41,572 bases of DNA from a virus (lineage: Duplodnaviria > Caudoviricetes), in the IMG/VR virus record IMGVR_UViG_3300020045_006174, positions 1 through 41,572 of that record. The stretch is one strand, 5' to 3'. A program made the position numbers and the translations under genes. Positions 36,000 to 41,572 of the stretch are shown piece by piece. Within the stretch, counting starts at the first letter, position 1, and every line of letters begins with the position of its first letter. The notes under the pieces were generated by a model. The model saw only the letters and a list, made by a program, of their open reading frames with translations, did not search any database and was not told the DNA's origin.

Positions 36000-36586
36000 T
36001 CCCGCCCCTCACAGACCGCGTAAGTCTGCTTGAGCTAGTCAACGAGCGATTCCCCAATGGGCTCGGAGTCGAGATAGGGGTTGCCGGGGGACACTTCACC
36101 AAGCAGATAGCCGCAACGTGGAATTTCGGCCAACTCTGCTGCGTCGATCCGTGGATTAACTTCAAGGACGGTTACGAGGACTCCTGCAACCTCGACGACA
36201 AGACCCAGGAGGAAAGATTCAACCAGTTCGCCAAAGACTTCGCTGATAATCCAAAGGTGGTGGTCATGCGCCGGATGTCTCACGAGGCTTCCAAGTCGGT
36301 CAAGCCCGCATCGGCTGACTTCATCTATCTCGACGCCAACCACAGCTTTACCGAGGTCATGCGCGATTTGCTTTGCTGGTGGCCCATACTTAAGCCGGGT
36401 GGAATCTTTGCCGGCCATGACTACTACGACGGCAACGGGAAAGGCCATGGCGTAAAGCTGGCAGTGGATATGTTCGCCTCAGATCGAGGGTTGAAGGTTC
36501 ATCAGACCACTCAGGAGTTCTGCCGTCCAGAAGGGGTTTATGGGGCTGGATGGGAGGGATACTCTTTCGTCTTAGAGAAGCCATGA
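35996..36586 (+). CDS. Class I SAM methyltransferase (Methyltransf_24-like), second copy
   Basis: GVEIGVAGG, VDPW, DFIYLDANH, LKPGGIFAGHDY, GVK.AVD.F. Confidence 0.9.
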   Translation: MIPPLTDRVSLLELVNERFPNGLGVEIGVAGGHFTKQIAATWNFGQLCCVDPWINFKDGYEDSCNLDDKTQEERFNQFAKDFADNPKVVVMRRMSHEASKSVKPASADFIYLDANHSFTEVMRDLLCWWPILKPGGIFAGHDYYDGNGKGHGVKLAVDMFASDRGLKVHQTTQEFCRPEGVYGAGWEGYSFVLEKP

Positions 36587-36891
36587 TAATCATTCCAAAA
36601 GGAGCGGACTGGCCAACGTATGTTGAAGTTTGCAAGATAAGCGGTATGCCGGTGACAAAAAGACGGAGCTTCTCAACTCTTTTCAGCGACGCCATCAGCG
36701 AATGGCGGCACAAGTCTGGATGCGCTCCCGCTAGGATTGTTATACCAATCAGGTTCAAAAGAATACTTCATGACCAAGTGATGACCTTAAATTTTTACTC
36801 GCCTTCGGGCGAAGAAGACCAGTTTTTAGGTATTCCCGTGATTTGGTCTATTGGCGGTGCGATGGAGTTGCTGGGAGACGTTAATCCGTGA
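36583..36891 (+). CDS. Hypothetical protein
   Basis: ATGA-coupled ORF. Confidence 0.5.
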   Translation: MIIIPKGADWPTYVEVCKISGMPVTKRRSFSTLFSDAISEWRHKSGCAPARIVIPIRFKRILHDQVMTLNFYSPSGEEDQFLGIPVIWSIGGAMELLGDVNP

Positions 36892-36910
36892 ATCTCAGAT
36901 AATCTGTAAT

Positions 36911-37153
36911 ATGTTTTTTGGATACGAAAACGAGGCGGAGATGCGGAAATACAATCCTGAGATTGCCGACAAGATCATCGCCGCAGCACGGTCGTCAAGC
37001 GTAACCGCCTGCTCTGAAGGAAAGCGATGCGTTGGCTCGGTCGATGGGAAAACATTTCTTTACAGCGACGGAACGCAGGACCTTGGACGTGAAGTAAAAG
37101 AGTTCAGAGCGGAACTTGATGGCCATGTCTTTGGGTGGATGAGTGGCCGCTAA
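36911..37153 (+). CDS. Hypothetical protein
   Basis: ATG at 36911; fills the gap to the convergent HNH gene. Confidence 0.5.
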   Translation: MFFGYENEAEMRKYNPEIADKIIAAARSSSVTACSEGKRCVGSVDGKTFLYSDGTQDLGREVKEFRAELDGHVFGWMSGR

Positions 37154-38025
37154 ATCAAGTTGGGTTTATGGGGGCCGGGGAGGGAGTCGTTTTTCGATCT
37201 ATTGTCAGGCTTCCAAAGAGGTTTGCAGTTTGAATAATTGAACGCCAGCAACCTTTGCGACCTGTCTGAAATGTTGAACGACGCGATTGGGATAACATGG
37301 TCGATTTCCCACTCTCCATAATTATCCCACGACATCCCGGGAGCAAAGTGAGCCTCTAGGTAAGACTTGAGAAAATCTGGAGCGCAGCCAACCAGTTCAA
37401 ACGTGTGGTCATGCTTTGGAATTCCAGCACATTTTAGAATCCATGAAACCCGAGTCCGGCAGGCGTCTTTGATGCGCTGAACCGGATCATTGGCGCGGCG
37501 AAGTCGCCTTAATTCCATTCGACGCGGAAGATAAGCCTTGGCGTCAGCCTTCATCTTTTCTCGGTTTCTGCTTCTCCAGCCAGCAAGGTAGGCTAGATTC
37601 CTTTGGCGGTTTTTTTGATACCTGATTTTATTGCGAGCAGAAATCTTTTCCTTGTTACGCTCGCGTGAGGCTTTTGCCTCAGCCAGTCGGCGCTCGCGGT
37701 TTTTGGCGTAGAACTTTTTGGAGTATTCATTGGTGCGGCATTTGTTTCTTGCCCTCCAGTCTGCCGCTATCGCCTTTACCTTCTCTGGGTTGTTTTTACG
37801 GTACTCGGCAGACTCCGCGTTTCTCCGCTCCTTGTTGCGGAGACGGTACCTTTTTTCAGCGGCAACTGCGGCGGGGTTTCGTCTAGGTTTTGCTCCATCA
37901 ATTGCAATAGTTGAGTCCTGGATAGCGGGTGTGGCCTCCGGCGTCCGATTTCCCAGTTTTTGTAAGTCTCCAGCGATATTCCCAACTGACTCGCGACTTC
38001 CTTCTGATAGCGCTTCCCTCTCCAT
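37150..38025 (-). CDS. HNH endonuclease with Arg/Lys-rich repeats (start uncertain)
   Basis: LVGC....LK.YLE..F..GMSWDNYGEWEIDHVIP...F...FNYSN.KPLW..DN.SK. Confidence 0.8.
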   Translation of the reverse strand: MEREALSEGSRESVGNIAGDLQKLGNRTPEATPAIQDSTIAIDGAKPRRNPAAVAAEKRYRLRNKERRNAESAEYRKNNPEKVKAIAADWRARNKCRTNEYSKKFYAKNRERRLAEAKASRERNKEKISARNKIRYQKNRQRNLAYLAGWRSRNREKMKADAKAYLPRRMELRRLRRANDPVQRIKDACRTRVSWILKCAGIPKHDHTFELVGCAPDFLKSYLEAHFAPGMSWDNYGEWEIDHVIPIASFNISDRSQRLLAFNYSNCKPLWKPDNRSKNDSLPGPHKPNLI

Positions 38026-38060
38026 TTTTTTAATTGGTCTGAAAGTTTCAAAATGTTCAA
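37776..38060 (-). CDS. XRE-family helix-turn-helix regulator overlapping the HNH frame
   Basis: LKKWR....QKEVASQLGISLETYKNWEIGRRRP; TTGATT-N16-TAAAGT promoter (38093-38066) placing TTG 38060 near +1. Confidence 0.8.
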   Translation of the reverse strand: MNILKLSDQLKKWRGKRYQKEVASQLGISLETYKNWEIGRRRPHPLSRTQLLQLMEQNLDETPPQLPLKKGTVSATRSGETRSLPSTVKTTQRR

Positions 38061-38106
38061 TGAACACTTTACTGTGGTTGCGTAAAAAATCAATCGGATT
38101 AAAAGT

Positions 38107-38311
38107 CTATCTGCCCACAAGACTTGGGGATAGCGGCCCCCGAGAAGGTAGCGCCTAACCTTTCCATAATCCGGCAAACGACCGCAACGAAGTGAATGGT
38201 CGGCTCGAAGCTTCTTCGAGCAAAACACTCCATAAACACAATTTAACCGTCTAGTCGCAATTTATGCGACAATGACAAGCACCGGAAGGTGTTAAATGAT
38301 AAGGATTTACA
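38107..38311 (+). promoter_or_regulatory. Hairpin-rich leader of the major capsid gene
   Basis: Stems ctatc/gatag, cgacc/ggtcg, gctcgaag/cttcgagc (38203-38221), gtcgca/tgcgac (38254-38270). Confidence 0.4.
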
Positions 38312-39655
38312 GTGGCATTTAGCTGCACACAATTTCGCACGAACATGGCGTCTCTTACGCCGGTTTATGATGAGCTTTTCTTGCGCGACTGGTCCGCAGT
38401 AGGTTCCGCCTACGTCGGCAAACACGAATCCGAGGTCTGGAAGCTCGGAACTGGCGACACTCACATTTCAAACCGCATCACTTTGGGCTACCCAAACCTG
38501 ATGTCTCCCAAGCAGCGCATCTCGGCAGCCTCATGCACCGACGCCTGTAATCCACCTTCCAGCCAAGTCAGTTTCGGCTCGGTCCAAGGCGAGCATTACA
38601 TGGATCAGTGGGTTGTGAATAGCCAGCCGTTCTGCTTGACCCAGCTTCGCTACAACACCCGCCCGCAAGAGCAGGCCACAATGATTATCAACGGGTTGAA
38701 GAAAATCCCGAAGATGCACGTTAACAATTACATCCGCACCCGGGCTTTCACACAGTCCCCGTCGGTTGAAATTGCCGGCCCGCTGACTTCGAGCATTCCA
38801 TCCACGTTTACGCCGAATGTTGGCGTCAACGTCGATGCTGAAATGTCGGTCATCGACTTGGGCAGTGCTGCCGCTCTCCCGACGAGCCAGTTGACCTTCC
38901 CCTACCTGGACTACATCACGACCAAGGTTGGCCTCCGTGGTTATCACGAGAAGCCATCTGGCCTTGGCGCCGGGATGTACAACCTCATCACTTCCGACCG
39001 CGCCTGGTTCAAGTTGACCAACGGCAACGACTCGATGAAAAACATGATGGCGTTGCCTGACCCTCAAAGCGCCAGCCCGCTTTACAAGGTCGGACAGGGC
39101 ATCCAGAAGCCGTTTGGCAACTACGCTCCATCACTGGACGAAGTGCCGGCCCGGTTTCAATGGCTCGGCTCTGGGGTTGGCTCTGGTGGCTTGCTCCAGC
39201 AAATCCAGCCGTTCGTCAACATCTCCGGCACGACCGGAACTCAGCAGATTCCAAATCCAATCTGGATCAATGCCAAGTTTGAACTCGGCTTCGTCTGGCA
39301 TCCGTCGGCGGTGAAGATTTTCAGCCCTGACTTCAAGAAGATTCACCCACTGGTGCCGTCGATCAACACCGGCATGTTTGGTCAATGGCGCTTCGTGAAT
39401 GACCCGGGCGCGATGATCTACACGAACCCGGACGGCACGACCTGCACCTACGACAACGTGGACCAGAATTACTTCTACTGGCGCGTGCGGTTCGAGATGG
39501 GATTCCAATATCTGGAGCCATACTTCGTCCTGCCGATCCTTTACCAAATCGACGGTTCTGGTTTGGGCAGCATCGCCAACGACCCGACTTGCTTGGCGAC
39601 TCCGGCGTATGTTGCTTACGACCCGAGCGACAACCCGGTTCGTTGCACAACTTAG
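38312..39655 (+). CDS. Major capsid protein
   Basis: 447 aa with strong codon bias (C-ending codons, TTC/AAC/ATC), followed by a strong hairpin; size and context fit an HK97-fold capsid. Confidence 0.75.
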   Translation: MAFSCTQFRTNMASLTPVYDELFLRDWSAVGSAYVGKHESEVWKLGTGDTHISNRITLGYPNLMSPKQRISAASCTDACNPPSSQVSFGSVQGEHYMDQWVVNSQPFCLTQLRYNTRPQEQATMIINGLKKIPKMHVNNYIRTRAFTQSPSVEIAGPLTSSIPSTFTPNVGVNVDAEMSVIDLGSAAALPTSQLTFPYLDYITTKVGLRGYHEKPSGLGAGMYNLITSDRAWFKLTNGNDSMKNMMALPDPQSASPLYKVGQGIQKPFGNYAPSLDEVPARFQWLGSGVGSGGLLQQIQPFVNISGTTGTQQIPNPIWINAKFELGFVWHPSAVKIFSPDFKKIHPLVPSINTGMFGQWRFVNDPGAMIYTNPDGTTCTYDNVDQNYFYWRVRFEMGFQYLEPYFVLPILYQIDGSGLGSIANDPTCLATPAYVAYDPSDNPVRCTT

Positions 39656-39673
39656 TGGGTTGGGTGGGTTACT

Positions 39674-39701
39674 ACCGGGTGGGGAGCAATCCTCACCCGG
39701 T
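39674..39701 (+). terminator. Strong GNRA-capped hairpin after the capsid gene
   Basis: accgggtgggga-GCAA-tcctcacccggt, 12-bp stem; no U-tract, so possibly an mRNA stabiliser or leaky terminator. Confidence 0.55.
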
Positions 39702-39717
39702 CAACTGACAAAAACCT

Positions 39718-39990
39718 ATGGATATTGATAAATCTCGTGTTTTCAGCGCTCTCGAAAAGCCCGCTCCTGAAGCTCCAGAAATGGACATGGAAATGGGCGA
39801 AGGCGAAACCCTCTCGATGTCGCTCTTGGGCGGAAAAGAAGTAAAGCCGGGCGATGTTGTCCGCATCCAGGTTCAAAGCCTGAACGAGGACGACGGCACG
39901 TTCCAAGGTGTTTACGCCGAGGAGGAATCTGACGACATGGGAGTGGAAGAAACCGTTGGTGCGACGTTCGCACCGAAAGGAATGACTTAA
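39718..39990 (+). CDS. Small acidic head-associated protein
   Basis: Follows the capsid gene; VKPGDVVRIQV beta motif. Confidence 0.65.
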   Translation: MDIDKSRVFSALEKPAPEAPEMDMEMGEGETLSMSLLGGKEVKPGDVVRIQVQSLNEDDGTFQGVYAEEESDDMGVEETVGATFAPKGMT

Positions 39991-39991
39991 G

Positions 39992-40393
39992 ATGGCAAAT
40001 CCGGTCTGCACCGTAGCGTCGCTGTCCAGCGGCGCCGTCTGTTACAAAAACTATGAGATGAGCGAGCGTTTCGCCATCATGGTTTACTATATGGCTGCCG
40101 AGTTGGCTGCCAACGGTGGCACGAGCTACACCATCGGAAGTGGGGGCACGCTCGAAGATGCCTCTGTCTGTTACAAAAACCTGACGTATCAAGAGTACTG
40201 CGTTCCTTCGGTTTACATGCTCTTGATTGCCTACAACAACGCTGTGTCTGCCGGCGCTTCGGTGGCTGCTGGCGGCTCGGAAGAACTGGCGACGGCGATC
40301 CAGTGCAACAAGAACTTTCCGCCAGGCGATCATGCCGCGCAGATTTTGTTCCTGACATGCGCCTTGGGGCGGCACGCGGATTATCCTCAATAA
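39992..40393 (+). CDS. Cys-containing virion protein with three internal repeats
   Basis: L...AVCYKN, LEDASVCYKN, LATAIQCNKN; the DNA repeat gtctgttacaaaaac occurs twice. Confidence 0.7.
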   Translation: MANPVCTVASLSSGAVCYKNYEMSERFAIMVYYMAAELAANGGTSYTIGSGGTLEDASVCYKNLTYQEYCVPSVYMLLIAYNNAVSAGASVAAGGSEELATAIQCNKNFPPGDHAAQILFLTCALGRHADYPQ

Positions 40394-40396
40394 TCT

Positions 40397-40651
40397 ATGG
40401 CTTGTCCTACTCTGGCAGAGCTTGAAATAGCGATGTGCGAGAGCGGAATCGGTCGGGAGGAAAACCTGATCACGCTTTTGCAGGTAACAGCGCAGGCTGC
40501 TCTTAATTGGGCTCAGTCGGCCAATCCAGGAGCGGACTATTCCCTGACCGCAATCGAGACGCGGGCCTGTGAGAGCCGAATTGGTTGGGAAACCGATCAA
40601 TCGGTTCTACTGCGGGTAATCGCGCAGAATTTGTGCAATCTGACATCGTGA
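40397..40651 (+). CDS. Cys-repeat virion protein (two copies of the MAC unit)
   Basis: CESGIG...LLQVTAQ and CESRIG...LLRVIAQNLC. Confidence 0.7.
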   Translation: MACPTLAELEIAMCESGIGREENLITLLQVTAQAALNWAQSANPGADYSLTAIETRACESRIGWETDQSVLLRVIAQNLCNLTS

Positions 40652-40655
40652 ATCT

Positions 40656-40898
40656 ATGGCTTGCTCGCTTTCAACCATCCAATCACAGGCATGTTTGAGC
40701 GGGATAGGGAGGATTCAGAACCCTATCCAGCTTTACCAGCTTATCGCCCAGCTTACCTGCGAGGCGAGTCAGGCGTCTCCCGTTTTATTTGGCGAAGGCG
40801 CTCCAGTGGCAGCCCCGGCCACAACAAACGCCGTTTATACCAACACGCTTACCGGCGACAAATACACCTACTACGGCGGCGCGTGGCACGCTGATTAA
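40656..40898 (+). CDS. MAC-unit virion/head-fibre protein, short
   Basis: MACSLSTIQSQACLSGIG...; C-terminal G.GAP...YTNTLTG.KY.Y.GGAW fibre-like repeat. Confidence 0.7.
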   Translation: MACSLSTIQSQACLSGIGRIQNPIQLYQLIAQLTCEASQASPVLFGEGAPVAAPATTNAVYTNTLTGDKYTYYGGAWHAD

Positions 40899-40902
40899 AT
40901 TT

Positions 40903-41502
40903 ATGGCCTGCGATCTACCTACAATCCAATCCCAAGCTTGCCTGTCTGGCATTGGGAGAATTCAAAATCCGATTCAACTTTACCAGTTGATGGCACAACT
41001 GACGTGCGAGGCATCGCAGGGCGGCGGGGGAGGCACATCGTGCTTCCAATGCTCTGATGGCGCCGGCGCCCCTGTTGCTGCTCCAGAGAATCCAGACCAG
41101 CCTGCGTCTTACCATGACACGACTAGCAATTTTACCTACAACTGGGATGTTCCGACGCAGCAATGGATTCCAGTTCCGAAAGTGTATCGGGCGTTATTGT
41201 CGCAGACGGGGACGGATGCGCCGGTTGCGGACGTGAAGATAAATACGCTTGGAGCAGCTGTTTGGAGCTACGAGGGGGTTGGCGATTATCGGATGACTCT
41301 TGCGGGTGCGTTTCCTGCTAGCAAGATTTATAGCTCATTTATGGGGACGGAAACATGTATTTCAAAACCTGCTGCGGACGATGTTTGGATTATTCTTAAT
41401 TACGGAAACATCGATTATATCAGTCTAAACTGCACGACTTTCGGAGTCCCGGGTGACGGTTATATCCAAAACACTGCGTTTGAAATCCTTGTTTACCCCT
41501 AA
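40903..41502 (+). CDS. MAC-unit virion/head-fibre protein, long
   Basis: N-terminal 39 aa 36/39 identical to the previous gene; C-terminal KVYRALLSQTGT.AP...NTLG...W.Y.GVG.Y...EILVY beta domain. Confidence 0.75.
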   Translation: MACDLPTIQSQACLSGIGRIQNPIQLYQLMAQLTCEASQGGGGGTSCFQCSDGAGAPVAAPENPDQPASYHDTTSNFTYNWDVPTQQWIPVPKVYRALLSQTGTDAPVADVKINTLGAAVWSYEGVGDYRMTLAGAFPASKIYSSFMGTETCISKPAADDVWIILNYGNIDYISLNCTTFGVPGDGYIQNTAFEILVYP

Positions 41503-41572
41503 ATGTGTTCAATCAACTCCAATCTTGGCGACTAAGTAGTTCACCCCATTTACCAAAAAAGCCTGATACGAC

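Larger units (their letters stand above)
1..41572. mobile_element. Partial genome of a tailed dsDNA (podovirus-like) bacteriophage
   Basis: Terminase, portal, scaffold, capsid, tail and ejection genes, DnaB and RuvC-like resolvase; dense overlapping small ORFs; no host housekeeping genes. Confidence 0.95.

Overview
The window is a partial genome of a tailed dsDNA phage, most likely podovirus-like: it has a tail nozzle, adaptor and large ejection proteins but no tape measure. Left to right it carries a replication module (candidate origin, EndoVII nuclease, initiator, DnaB), small early/accessory genes, a tRNA-like and a rod-like ncRNA candidate, terminase large subunit with an HNH endonuclease on the minus strand, tail and ejection genes, portal and scaffold. 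A glycosyltransferase/methyltransferase island follows, then an XRE/HNH locus, the major capsid gene and a set of Cys-rich paralogous virion proteins. No integrase, lysis gene, CRISPR array or reverse transcriptase is recognisable. The DnaB N-terminus and Shine-Dalgarno-less AAYYT-ATG starts suggest a Verrucomicrobia-like host (inference). The most notable signal is two integron-type gene cassettes (about 2222-2631 and 8488-9022). Each has an attC-like hairpin with the same extrahelical-base geometry and complementary R''/R' cores flanking the cargo. They sit at similar half-sites, antiparallel to the cargo genes and coupled to phage translation, with no intI in the window. All family assignments are from motif recognition, not database searches.
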